Below the pieces are notes generated by a model, which saw nothing but the letters and a program-made list of their open reading frames with translations, did no database searches and had not been told where the DNA came from. A program made the position numbers and the translations under genes. From the NCBI GenBank assembly GCA_965261395.1, contig OZ253462.1, positions 2,048,001 to 2,112,000 of the forward strand: a DNA stretch of 64,000 bases, given 5' to 3'. Below, piece by piece: positions 1 to 8,882 of this stretch. The DNA is from Candidatus Latescibacterota bacterium (lineage in GTDB: Bacteria > Latescibacterota > UBA2968 > UBA8231). Position 1 is the first letter of the stretch, and every line of letters begins with the position of its first letter.

Positions 1-321
1 CACACGGTCGAATACGTCTATGTAATGTACATGGGGCGGATCGTCGAAGAGGGGCCAGTAGCCGCAATTTTCGACCGCCCGGCGCATCCTTATACTGCGG
101 CCCTGTTGCAATCCATTCCCAGCCTGACGGGCAAACGCCGGCACATCGAGCCGATTGAGGGCAGCGTCCCCAGCGCGTACGCCCTGCCCGAGGGCTGTCC
201 CTTTCACACCCGCTGTGCGCAAAAGGTCGGCTCCATCTGCCAGCAGCAAATGCCCGCGTCCGCGGAAGTGGGGCCGCATCACCGCGTCCGTTGTTTCATT
301 CACACCCAAGAAGGGGACTAG
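1..321 (+). CDS. Oligopeptide/dipeptide ABC transporter ATP-binding subunit (OppD/DppD-like), 5'-truncated by window edge
   Basis: Frame open from base 1; [20 protein letters not shown] and GCPFHTRC...VRC motifs of the oligo_HPY C-terminal domain. Confidence 0.9.
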   Translation, partial: HTVEYVYVMYMGRIVEEGPVAAIFDRPAHPYTAALLQSIPSLTGKRRHIEPIEGSVPSAYALPEGCPFHTRCAQKVGSICQQQMPASAEVGPHHRVRCFIHTQEGD

Positions 322-325
322 CCCA

Positions 326-1339
326 ATGATCAACGGGGCCGAAGATGCTCTCCTGCAAGTGCGGGGGTTAAAAAAGTACTTTCCCGTACACCGAGGACTT
401 TTACAGCGCCAGACGGGTTTGATAAAGGCCGTGGATGGCGTCAGCTTCGCGCTCGCCCAAGGCAAAATTTTGGGGCTGGTTGGCGAGAGTGGTTGCGGCA
501 AGACCACCACCGGGCGGATGATTCTCCGCGCCATAGACCCGACCGCCGGGGAGGTCCTCTTTCGGCAGCAGAGCGGGCAGGTCGTAGATATGGCCCAGCT
601 CGGTCGCCGCCAAGTCGTCCAAGCCCGCCGGCAGATGCAGATGATTTTCCAAGACCCGTACTCGTCTCTAAATCCGCGGATGCCGGTGCGCGATCTAATC
701 GCCGAACCGCTCCGGGCTTATGGCTGGTCGGCGCGCGACAGCCACGCGCGCGTGAGCGAGCTGATGGAGCGGGTGGGGCTAGACCCCCGATATGCGCGCC
801 GCTATCCGCACGCCTTCTCGGGCGGCCAGCGACAGCGCATCGGCATTGCCCGCGCCTTGGCTTTGAGTCCGTCGCTCATCGTCGCCGACGAGCCAGTCTC
901 CGCGCTCGACGTCAGCGTGCAAGCGCAGATTCTCAATTTGCTCCGCCAATTACAGGCCGATCTCGACCTCACCTTGCTCTTTATCGCCCACGACCTGAGC
1001 GTGGTGCGCTATCTCTGCGACGAAGTGGCCGTCATGTACCAAGGCCGGATCGTCGAACAGGCTGCAACCGAAACCCTCTTTACCCAACCGCAGCACCCCT
1101 ATACGGCCATGTTGCTAGAAGCCGCGCCCGCGCCCGACCCCCACGCCCCGTGGATGGAAGCCGACGAAGACGTTAGCGAGGCGGGCGAGCCGACGCCAGC
1201 CAGCGACCAAGGGTGTGCCTTCGCGCCGCGCTGCCGCTACCAAAGCGACTTGTGCAACCAGCAGATGCCCGCGCTGGAGGGTGAGTCGCATCTGGCCGCC
1301 TGTCACCACAAAGACGAGTTGGAACTGCAGGGCGTGTAG
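326..1339 (+). CDS. Oligopeptide/dipeptide ABC transporter ATP-binding subunit (OppF/DppF-like)
   Basis: Walker [44 protein letters not shown]; ATG at 326 just after upstream stop. Confidence 0.93.
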   Translation: MINGAEDALLQVRGLKKYFPVHRGLLQRQTGLIKAVDGVSFALAQGKILGLVGESGCGKTTTGRMILRAIDPTAGEVLFRQQSGQVVDMAQLGRRQVVQARRQMQMIFQDPYSSLNPRMPVRDLIAEPLRAYGWSARDSHARVSELMERVGLDPRYARRYPHAFSGGQRQRIGIARALALSPSLIVADEPVSALDVSVQAQILNLLRQLQADLDLTLLFIAHDLSVVRYLCDEVAVMYQGRIVEQAATETLFTQPQHPYTAMLLEAAPAPDPHAPWMEADEDVSEAGEPTPASDQGCAFAPRCRYQSDLCNQQMPALEGESHLAACHHKDELELQGV

Positions 1340-1354
1340 TATTGGGAGTTGCGC

Positions 1355-2167
1355 TTATCTTGCCGCGTGATACGGTTCCGCGTCGAATCCCGGATACCGC
1401 GTCGCCATCCCCGCGATAAATTCTTCCGTCCACAGCGCGTCGCCCGGCGGTGGGAAGCCCAGTAGTTCGCGCTGACGCGGAGTGGCTTCAGCCATGAAGC
1501 GATGCATGGCTGCGCCTTGGGCACCGCTTTTGTACGTGAAGGTGCGACCGCCGTCCCAGGGGCGATCTTTGCGGGTGAAGCCCACCCACATGACCGGTCG
1601 GTGCCCTGCTGGCGCGGTGAAATCAGAGGCGGCGTGGCGGGTGAAGACGCTGTAGAGGCACACCGAGCCGCCGGGGACGATCATTGGCACGGCTTCCTCT
1701 TCGGGACGGCCATTGGGCACCATGCGGATTGGGGCCATGCCCACCTCGACGTCGTCGAAGCAGTAGAAACAGACCAAGTTCATAAAGTCGTCTGGCTCGA
1801 TGATCGGCCCCAATGTGTTGTTGCCGTAGTCGATGTGAAAATTGGTCCCGTATTCCTCGCTGGCGTATTTCATGCCTAGGTGGCCCTCGCAGAGGCGAAT
1901 CTCGCGGGTGCCTAAGACGCGCTCGGCCGCGTCAATCAGATCGGGATGAACGGTGACGTGATTGAGGCCGGAGTGGTCCCAAGGGAAGAGTATTTGCTGG
2001 GGGGTGTCGTTGCGGCGGTCGTTAGCTAGGTATTGGTCGTAGGGCGGGGCGAAATGGGTAAAGAAGCCGTCGAGCGCGGCTTGCTGCTCGTCTTTGGTGA
2101 GGAAGTTCTCGACGATCAGGAAGCCCTGTTCTTTGTACGTAGCGAGTTGGGCGTCGGTGATGTGCAT
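1355..2167 (-). CDS. Phytanoyl-CoA dioxygenase (PhyH) family Fe(II)/2-oxoglutarate dioxygenase
   Basis: N-terminal 'TYKEQGFLIVENFL', HxD (HID) and distal His (RHAAS). Confidence 0.8.
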   Translation of the reverse strand: MHITDAQLATYKEQGFLIVENFLTKDEQQAALDGFFTHFAPPYDQYLANDRRNDTPQQILFPWDHSGLNHVTVHPDLIDAAERVLGTREIRLCEGHLGMKYASEEYGTNFHIDYGNNTLGPIIEPDDFMNLVCFYCFDDVEVGMAPIRMVPNGRPEEEAVPMIVPGGSVCLYSVFTRHAASDFTAPAGHRPVMWVGFTRKDRPWDGGRTFTYKSGAQGAAMHRFMAEATPRQRELLGFPPPGDALWTEEFIAGMATRYPGFDAEPYHAAR

Positions 2168-2197
2168 GAGAATTTCTGCGTATTTAAGAAGCCGCTA

Positions 2198-3109
2198 CTA
2201 CTTGTCGGCGTAGATCTCAATGACGCTTTTGAGCAAGGCTAGTGCTCCTTCGCGCTCGCGCTGGAAGGCGTTGCGGCCGATGATCGAGCCAAAGCCGCCG
2301 CCATCGCGGATGCCAGTGATTTCTTCGATGATCTCGGCTTCGCCTTTGGCCGCTCCCCCCGAAAAGATCACCACGCGCCGCCCATTGAACGCCGATTGCA
2401 CCACGTGGCTCACGCACTCGGCCAAGGTGCTGGCCGGCACATCCGCATACGCCTTGCGGGCCTCGTCCTGCTCAATGTGAGCCGTAGGCGGTTTGACCTT
2501 GATAATATGGGCCCCTAGCTGGGCGGCGATTTGGGCGGCGTACGCGGTGACGTCGAGCGCGGTCTCCCCGTCCTTGCTCAAGTCCGCGCCGCGCGGATAG
2601 GACCAGACCACCACGACCAAACCGTACCGCTTGGCCTCTTCGGCCAGGGCTTGCAGCTTTTCGTACATCTCCTGCCGCAGGGCCGAACCCGGATAGACCG
2701 TGTAGCCGATGCCAACACAACCTAAGCGTAGAGCGGCAGCGATCGAGCCGGTGAGCGACTGGGTGGGGTCTGCGTCGGAGTGGAGGTTTTCGCGGTTGTT
2801 GAGCTTGAGGATCAGCGGCAGATCACCCGCGTAGTCGCGCGCGCCCGCTTCGAGGAACCCGAGCGGGGCGGCGTATGCACTGAGGCCGGCTTCGATGGCC
2901 AGTTCAAAGTGATAGCGCGGATCGTACGCGGGCGGGTTGGGGGCGAAACTGCGCCCAGGGCCATGCTCGACGCCCTGATCTACGGGCAGGATGACCAGTT
3001 TGCCCGTGCCGCCGAGCGCGCCGTGGTTGAGCAGGCGTGCCAAGTTGGTCAAGGTGCCAGGGTTGTCGCTGCCATACCAGTTTAGAATTTCGCGGATGCG
3101 CTCTTGCAT
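2198..3109 (-). CDS. fbaB: Class I fructose-bisphosphate aldolase (DhnA/FbaB family)
   Basis: ILPVDQGVEHGP, WSYPRG, AHIIKVK Schiff-base Lys, GSIIGRNAFQR; start placed at MQERI after a purine-rich RBS. Confidence 0.9.
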   Translation of the reverse strand: MQERIREILNWYGSDNPGTLTNLARLLNHGALGGTGKLVILPVDQGVEHGPGRSFAPNPPAYDPRYHFELAIEAGLSAYAAPLGFLEAGARDYAGDLPLILKLNNRENLHSDADPTQSLTGSIAAALRLGCVGIGYTVYPGSALRQEMYEKLQALAEEAKRYGLVVVVWSYPRGADLSKDGETALDVTAYAAQIAAQLGAHIIKVKPPTAHIEQDEARKAYADVPASTLAECVSHVVQSAFNGRRVVIFSGGAAKGEAEIIEEITGIRDGGGFGSIIGRNAFQREREGALALLKSVIEIYADK

Positions 3110-3146
3110 TTTATACCTTTCTCGCATGTGAGGAGTAGGAATTGAC

Positions 3147-3189
3147 AAAAGAAAAGCTCCTCAACCGCGCAAAGCGCGCTCAAGGAGCT
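3147..3189 (-). terminator. Intrinsic terminator downstream of tRNA-Asp
   Basis: AGCTCCT...AGGAGCT stem followed by T-rich tract on the minus strand. Confidence 0.65.
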
Positions 3190-3196
3190 GGCAAAA

Positions 3197-3273
3197 TGGC
3201 GGGGACGACGAGACTCGAACTCGCGACCTTCGGCGTGACAGGCCGACGTTCTAACCAACTGAACTACGCCCCC
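3197..3273 (-). tRNA. tRNA-Asp (GTC)
   Basis: Reverse complement GGGGGCGTAGTTCAGTTGGTTAGAACGTCGGCCTGTCACGCCGAAGGTCGCGAGTTCGAGTCTCGTCGTCCCCGCCA; cloverleaf, TTCGA loop, encoded CCA. Confidence 0.97.
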
Positions 3274-3287
3274 ATTGCTTGAAGTGA

Positions 3288-3316
3288 AAGGTAAGAGCCA
3301 GACTAAGTAATGTCAA
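3288..3316 (-). promoter_or_regulatory. Sigma70-type promoter for tRNA-Asp
   Basis: TTGACA-N17-TACCTT on the minus strand, overlapping the def stop. Confidence 0.65.
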
Positions 3317-3842
3317 TGGCCGAGGCGCTGGCCTGCGCGGCACTCTCTTTTTTTAACCGCTTGAGCGCGCCGCGCATGAGCTGGCGCTTGAGAGGGCTGA
3401 GGTAGTCGATGAAGAGCTTGCCGTCGAGGTGGTCGATTTCGTGCTGGAGGGCGCGGGCGTAAAAACCCTCGCCCGAGGTTTTGAAGGACAGGCCATCCAA
3501 GCCAATGGCCTCGACTTCGACCCAAGCGTAGCGCTTGACATCGCCGTACAGGTCGGGAAAGCTCAGGCACCCCTCCTCGCCAACTTGCTCGCCCTCGTGG
3601 TCCGTGATCTTGGGATTGATTAAGGCCACGGGCTGGCAGTTCGGCTGATGAGCGGTAACATCGACGACGCATACCCGCTTGAGGACGCCGATCTGCGGGG
3701 CGGCAAGCCCGACCCCGGACGCGGCGTGCATGGAGTCGAAGAGGTCGGCGACGAGTGCGCGGATGGCGTCATCCACCACTGCGACCGGAGCACACGGCTG
3801 GCGGAGGCACTGCGCCCCGAACAGCGCAATTTCGCGTTTCAT
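3303..3842 (-). CDS. def: Peptide deformylase
   Basis: GVGLAAPQIG, EGCLS, QHEIDHLDG motifs. Confidence 0.97.
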   Translation of the reverse strand: MKREIALFGAQCLRQPCAPVAVVDDAIRALVADLFDSMHAASGVGLAAPQIGVLKRVCVVDVTAHQPNCQPVALINPKITDHEGEQVGEEGCLSFPDLYGDVKRYAWVEVEAIGLDGLSFKTSGEGFYARALQHEIDHLDGKLFIDYLSPLKRQLMRGALKRLKKESAAQASASAIDIT

Positions 3843-4891
3843 GCCTCCAAGGGGTCCAATTCGAGGGCAATATAGCGCAGGCCCAAGTCGGCAAAAGCGG
3901 CCACTAGGGCCGAGCGCAGCGGGGCCGCAGCGAGGCGGGCGATGCCTGCTGCGGGCAAGCGCAGAACGAGCATCTGGTCGCGCTGCTCGTACGCGGCCGG
4001 CAGTAGCGAATGCGCTGCGAGCAGCGGATTGACCCGCGCAAACAGCGGCTCGTCGGCACCCGCTGAGTCAGCGATGGAGAGCAGCGCCTCGTTCATGCTG
4101 CCGGAGCGGAAGCCGCACAGATCGACGGTAGTTTGCAGATAGCCAATCTCCCGAAAGCGCTCTAGCAAAGACCGACGCGCACTCGGGTCGCCCAGCAGGC
4201 GCGTCAAATCCTCAGCGGGCAACTCAATGCGCGACAGCGTCTCGTGGTGGCGGGCGCGGACCTGGGCAAAGCCGCAGACCTCGTGCATATAGCGCTCGGC
4301 GCAGTCGATTTGGCGCAGGCCCTCGGCGGTGACTGGCGTGCCGTAGGGGAAGCGCGACGAGAGGCAGGCCATGGCCGGACGATCCCACACCGCCAGCCCC
4401 CAGCGTTTCGCTAGGGCGCGCACATCGTCCTTGGTAAGGCCCGCTTCGGCTAAGGGTGCGTGTACTCCGCGCTCACGGGCAGCAGCAGCCCCAGGGCGGA
4501 AATCGCCGGTGTCGTCGGCGTTTTGGCCGTAGAGGATGTAATCGACATTGAGGGTCCGCGCTAGCTGCTCCATGTGGACGAAAAGCTCCTGCTTGCAGTA
4601 GTAGCAGCGATTGGGCGCGTTTTTAGCGTAGTCGGGATTGTCCAACTCGCGGGTCTTGACCACTTCGTGGCGGATGCCAAACTCGCGGGTGATCTCGGCA
4701 GCCTTCTCTAGCTCGCCGGTGGCGTAGCTCTCAGAGTCCGCGGTGACGCAGATGGCCCCCTCGCCCAAGACCCGCTGGGCAGCTACCGCCAGCATGGCGC
4801 TATCAACCCCCCCCGAATAGCCGATCAGCACCTGCCCCATGGGGCGCAGAATTTCTTCAAGGTGAGCTAGTTTTTCGTCTAGGGAAAGCAT
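3839..4891 (-). CDS. larE: LarE-family ATP-dependent sulfur transferase (PP-loop) with extra C-terminal segment
   Basis: PP-loop SGGVDS, NRCYYCK, DFRPG, ACLSSRFPYG, GFRSGSMN. Confidence 0.85.
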   Translation of the reverse strand: MLSLDEKLAHLEEILRPMGQVLIGYSGGVDSAMLAVAAQRVLGEGAICVTADSESYATGELEKAAEITREFGIRHEVVKTRELDNPDYAKNAPNRCYYCKQELFVHMEQLARTLNVDYILYGQNADDTGDFRPGAAAARERGVHAPLAEAGLTKDDVRALAKRWGLAVWDRPAMACLSSRFPYGTPVTAEGLRQIDCAERYMHEVCGFAQVRARHHETLSRIELPAEDLTRLLGDPSARRSLLERFREIGYLQTTVDLCGFRSGSMNEALLSIADSAGADEPLFARVNPLLAAHSLLPAAYEQRDQMLVLRLPAAGIARLAAAPLRSALVAAFADLGLRYIALELDPLEA

Positions 4892-4896
4892 AGGAA

Positions 4897-6345
4897 TCAG
4901 AAGGAAGATTTTTCCGCGGACGTGGCGCAGGGCATGATCGCAGCGTCAACCATGCCGTGCAAGATCTTCTTGTCGGCCGGGAAAACTAGAGCTTGGATAC
5001 CGCACAGGCGCGGCACATCGCCGATGACGTAGTAATAAGGACGCAGCATCACCCGACCCCGCATAGGCACGAGCTCGTCGCGATAAAAGTCGTAGTAGCG
5101 CACACTGCGACGGGCGGCCTTGTGAAACTCCTGCAAGATATAGGGCTGGTGTGCAAAGCGGTCGAGGGCCTCTTGCACGCGGTCGGCCCACTCGGCTTCG
5201 GACAGGTCGTGGCCGATGGACACGCCCTTGCTTTCATACGCTAGGTTGGAAAAACCCGAGGGCTTGAGCACGAGCTCGCGCTGCTTTTTGGTTAGCTGCT
5301 TCAACTGCTGCCAGTCGCCGACGGGTTGGCCGCCAATGTCGAGGCCGGGAATGATGGCGTGGGGTGGCAGCGGCCGCGCATCGACAATCCACGAGCGCGG
5401 GATCAGGCTGCCCAAGGCGGCAAATGGCTCCTTGCCCAAGGTGCGACGCCAATAGGATTTGAGCGCGGGGTGGTGGTAGAATGCCAGCCAGAGCTTTTCT
5501 TCGAGATATGCCTTCGGCGGCGGAGTCAAACACAAGGCGTTTTTCTTGGTGAAATAGGCAAAAAGCTCGGCCTTGGGGATGTTTTTGAGGTCGAACAGCT
5601 CAAAGAAGCGATAGGCCGCGTCGATGCGCCAGGGGGTTGGCTCGTCAGCACCTTGGAGGAAGAGGCCATTTTCGTCAAAGCGGGCCTCGCGCGGATGGGC
5701 ACTGCGGGCCGGTTTGCCGGCTGCCTGCAAGCGCTCGACCAGCCATTCCATTTCTCGGCGATAGGCCTCGGACTCGTCCGAGACGAAGAGGGCGAAATGC
5801 GGCTCGGCGACCTTGGTGGTAGCGGCAATGGCTTCGTAGAATGGGTCAATCAGGCCACGGGCACCGCCGATGATGTCGTAGCCGAGGTCCGCATAGACCT
5901 CCGAGACTTGGGCGGTGAAGCCCATGCCGCCGGGAATGGCGTCTAGCTCGACCAGCTTGAAGCCGTCCTCGGTGAGCAGCAGGTCCGGACGAATGACCAA
6001 GGGCAACTGGGACTTGATGCGATTCCAGAGGCCCATTTCGCGCACGGCACTGGGTTTGCCCAAGTCCAAGTACTCGTGAATCCAAGGCGGCTCGACGCCC
6101 TTGACGCTTTGGTGGTAGAGCTGGTTGGAGGCCTTGTAAAACTGATGGAGGACGCCGCCGAGTTGGTCTAGGTAGCGGTGTTGCGCTGGCGACAGCCAGA
6201 AAGGCTCCGGAGCAATGCGCCAAGGCAGATTACTGTCCGGGTGTAGATGGGTGCGGTCGCCTTCAAAAAGGCCGCCGGCGGGACAATGGGCGTTTATGTG
6301 GAGGCAGAGCGCTTTGAGATCGGATGCGGTACTCGGGAGGGACAT
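4897..6345 (-). CDS. Circularly permuted ATP-grasp / glutathionylspermidine-synthase-like amide ligase
   Basis: IRPDLLLTEDGFKLVELDAIPGG, LVLKPSG, YILQEF motifs. Confidence 0.6.
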   Translation of the reverse strand: MSLPSTASDLKALCLHINAHCPAGGLFEGDRTHLHPDSNLPWRIAPEPFWLSPAQHRYLDQLGGVLHQFYKASNQLYHQSVKGVEPPWIHEYLDLGKPSAVREMGLWNRIKSQLPLVIRPDLLLTEDGFKLVELDAIPGGMGFTAQVSEVYADLGYDIIGGARGLIDPFYEAIAATTKVAEPHFALFVSDESEAYRREMEWLVERLQAAGKPARSAHPREARFDENGLFLQGADEPTPWRIDAAYRFFELFDLKNIPKAELFAYFTKKNALCLTPPPKAYLEEKLWLAFYHHPALKSYWRRTLGKEPFAALGSLIPRSWIVDARPLPPHAIIPGLDIGGQPVGDWQQLKQLTKKQRELVLKPSGFSNLAYESKGVSIGHDLSEAEWADRVQEALDRFAHQPYILQEFHKAARRSVRYYDFYRDELVPMRGRVMLRPYYYVIGDVPRLCGIQALVFPADKKILHGMVDAAIMPCATSAEKSSF

Positions 6346-6476
6346 CGAATAGGCTCTCTAAGATGTATGCACACCAATTTAGGACAAATGGTACGCTAGG
6401 TCAACGACGGGCCTGTTGACCTTTGGCAAGACCAAGCTCGCACCGCATATTTGCTCGGGCGACGAAGGAGCGCGAT

Positions 6477-7307
6477 ATGGAGTTGACAGACAGGCGTTGT
6501 TTAGTGACCGGCGGGGGGCGCGGCATTGGCCGGGCCATTGCCTTGGCCTTGGCGCGGGAAGGGGCACACGTAGCGATTTTGGCCCGCACTGGATCAGAGC
6601 TGGACGAGACGGCCACGCTTTTGGACGACCACGGCCAAGCGGCGTTGAAATTGCGGGTGGATGTGGGGCGGCGCGAGGAAGTAGACGCGGCCATTGAGCA
6701 CGTGCTCGCAGCTTGGGGTGGGATCGATGTGCTGGTCAACAACGCGGGGATTCAGGGGCCTATAGGGCGGATGGAAGAGGTCGATCCAGAGGCTTGGATG
6801 CGGGTGGTGCAGGTCAATCTCGGCGGCTATTTCTACTGCACCCGCAAGGTCTTGCCGGCCATGATCGCCCAGCACTACGGCAAGATCATCAACCTCTCGG
6901 GTGGCGGCGCGGTGGGGCCGCGGCCCTTCTTTAGCGCGTATAGCGCCTCCAAGGCCGGTGTCGTGCGCTTTAGCGAAAATTTGGCCGGAGAAGTGGCTGA
7001 GCACGGCATTGCCGTCAACGCCATTGCCCCTGGAGCGGTCAACACGCGGATGCTCGACCAGCGGATAGCGGCCGGCGCAGCCGTGAGCGCAGAGGAACGG
7101 GAGCGGGATCGGTGCCTGCTGCGCGAGGGCGACGCTACGGGCGAGCGAGCGGCCGCACTGGCGGTCTATCTAGCCTCGGCGCGCTCAGACGGGCTGACGG
7201 GGCGGTTGCTGTCAGCGGTTTGGGATTCGTGGGAAACCCTCGATGTCGAGGCGACCATGGCCACGGAGGCCTTTGCGGTGCGACGCGTACCACAGCAGGA
7301 GGGCTGA
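6477..7307 (+). CDS. Short-chain dehydrogenase/reductase
   Basis: TGGGRGIG, NNAG, YSASK; AAGGAG RBS before ATG 6477. Confidence 0.93.
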   Translation: MELTDRRCLVTGGGRGIGRAIALALAREGAHVAILARTGSELDETATLLDDHGQAALKLRVDVGRREEVDAAIEHVLAAWGGIDVLVNNAGIQGPIGRMEEVDPEAWMRVVQVNLGGYFYCTRKVLPAMIAQHYGKIINLSGGGAVGPRPFFSAYSASKAGVVRFSENLAGEVAEHGIAVNAIAPGAVNTRMLDQRIAAGAAVSAEERERDRCLLREGDATGERAAALAVYLASARSDGLTGRLLSAVWDSWETLDVEATMATEAFAVRRVPQQEG

Positions 7308-8327
7308 GTGTATAAGGTGGGAATCATCGGAGCGGGGCGCATGGGGCGGCGGCGGGCGGCCACGGCCCATGCCCATCCCGCGTCTGTAGTGGCACTAATC
7401 TACGACGAGCGCGCGTCCGCCGCGGCCGAACTAGCCGCTGAATGCGGGGCCACGGTCGCGGCTTCACGGGAGGAGCTAGTCGCGGCCGATCTCGATATCG
7501 CGGTAGTCGCGACGACGCACGACGCATTGGCCCCCATCAGCACCGCCGCCCTCTTGGCCGGCAAACACGTCTTGTGCGAAAAGCCGCTGGGGCGCAACCC
7601 CCAGGAAGCCCGACAGGCCGTCGCAGCAGCCGAGCGGAGCGGGCGCGTGCTCAAGGTCGGCTACAACCACCGCTATCACCCCGCCATCCAAAAGCTGCAC
7701 GAGGTTTGCACAACAGGTGAGATCGGCCCGCTGCTGAGCATCCGGGCACGCTATGGCCACGGCGGGCGGCCCGGCTACGACCGCGAGTGGCGGACCAATC
7801 CAGAGAAGGCGGGTGGCGGCGAGCTTTTGGACCAAGGGGCGCATCTAATCGACTTGGCCAAGTGGATCTTGGGGGACTTTGCCGAAGTCACAGGCTATGC
7901 CGAGACCCACTTCTGGGACTCGCCCGTAGAGGACAACGCCTACGGACTCTTTCGCACGGCCACCGGGCAGATCGCCTCGCTGCACGCGAGTTGGACGCAG
8001 TGGAAAAACCTCTTCAGCTTCGAGGTTTTCGGACGTGATGGCTACGTCTGCGCCGAGGGTTTGGGGGGGGGCTACGGGCCAGAATGCGCCGTAGTAGGGC
8101 GGCGCATTCCCCAAGGCGGCGCGCCGGACATCAAGCACTTTGATTACCCGGACGAGGATCGCTCGTGGGAGTTGGAGTGGGCCGATTTTTTGCGCGGCCT
8201 AGCCGGCGTGGGCACTCCCCATTCGCTCGGGCGGGAGGCTTTGGAGACTATCGAGTGGATTTACCGGCTCTACCGGGCTGCTGCCGATGGGCGCTCCGTG
8301 CGGCGGGAAGAATCTCTAACCATATAG
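7308..8327 (+). CDS. Gfo/Idh/MocA family oxidoreductase
   Basis: GIIGAGRMG, HVLCEKP, GGGELLDQGAH. Confidence 0.92.
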   Translation: MYKVGIIGAGRMGRRRAATAHAHPASVVALIYDERASAAAELAAECGATVAASREELVAADLDIAVVATTHDALAPISTAALLAGKHVLCEKPLGRNPQEARQAVAAAERSGRVLKVGYNHRYHPAIQKLHEVCTTGEIGPLLSIRARYGHGGRPGYDREWRTNPEKAGGGELLDQGAHLIDLAKWILGDFAEVTGYAETHFWDSPVEDNAYGLFRTATGQIASLHASWTQWKNLFSFEVFGRDGYVCAEGLGGGYGPECAVVGRRIPQGGAPDIKHFDYPDEDRSWELEWADFLRGLAGVGTPHSLGREALETIEWIYRLYRAAADGRSVRREESLTI

Positions 8328-8351
8328 AAAAAAATGAGTTACGAACAGCAC

Positions 8352-8388
8352 AATCGCCGTGCCTCTCGGTGCGGCGGTTATTTTTTTT
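8352..8388 (+). terminator. Intrinsic terminator
   Basis: AATCGCCGTGCC-TCTC-GGTGCGGCGGTT followed by a T tract. Confidence 0.7.
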
Positions 8389-8564
8389 CGCGCACGTTAT
8401 TTTTTTGAAAATTTTTCGCGAAAATTTCTTACCATATAGACAGCTAGACGGCAAACACTACTTTTTTGTTACGATAGAAAGGACGGGAACCCTTTAGACG
8501 AAGTGAAGCACTCTAAACCCTTTATTTACCGCATCTCAGAGACCCTTAACCCGCAGGAAGTGCT

Positions 8565-8816
8565 ATGAGAACAGATCAGGATGTTGCTCAGGTGGAACGT
8601 ATTGCAATGGCTTATAGACGCCTTGCTAACGCTATGATTCTCAGTACTTTACGCGAAATATCCAAGATGGATGAGGTCATGGAAACGCCCGATGGCACCC
8701 CGGAGATGGCCTTTGTCGAAAGCTCTAGGATCGATCCTTGGTGCGAACTGGCCGGCCTCGAACCCGAAGTCGTGCGCAAGGCCGCCAAACGGCTGATTGC
8801 GGAACGACCTTTTTAG
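8565..8816 (+). CDS. Small hypothetical protein (83 aa)
   Basis: Stand-alone ORF between terminators, AGGA RBS; helical sequence with WCELAGLEPEVVR. Confidence 0.75.
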   Translation: MRTDQDVAQVERIAMAYRRLANAMILSTLREISKMDEVMETPDGTPEMAFVESSRIDPWCELAGLEPEVVRKAAKRLIAERPF

Positions 8817-8837
8817 CACATCACAGCACAACCCAAC

Positions 8838-8878
8838 AAAAAAGAAAGCTCCGGGACGAACACTCCCGGAGCTTTCTT
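8838..8878. terminator. Bidirectional intrinsic terminator
   Basis: Perfect 15-bp inverted repeat AAGAAAGCTCCGGGA / TCCCGGAGCTTTCTT between convergent genes. Confidence 0.85.
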
Positions 8879-8882
8879 GCGT

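Noticed and set aside
3197-3273. tRNA-Asp (and tRNA-Phe at 51707) as integration sites of a genomic island
   Set aside because: No integrase or duplicated tRNA 3' end seen; flanking genes are ordinary
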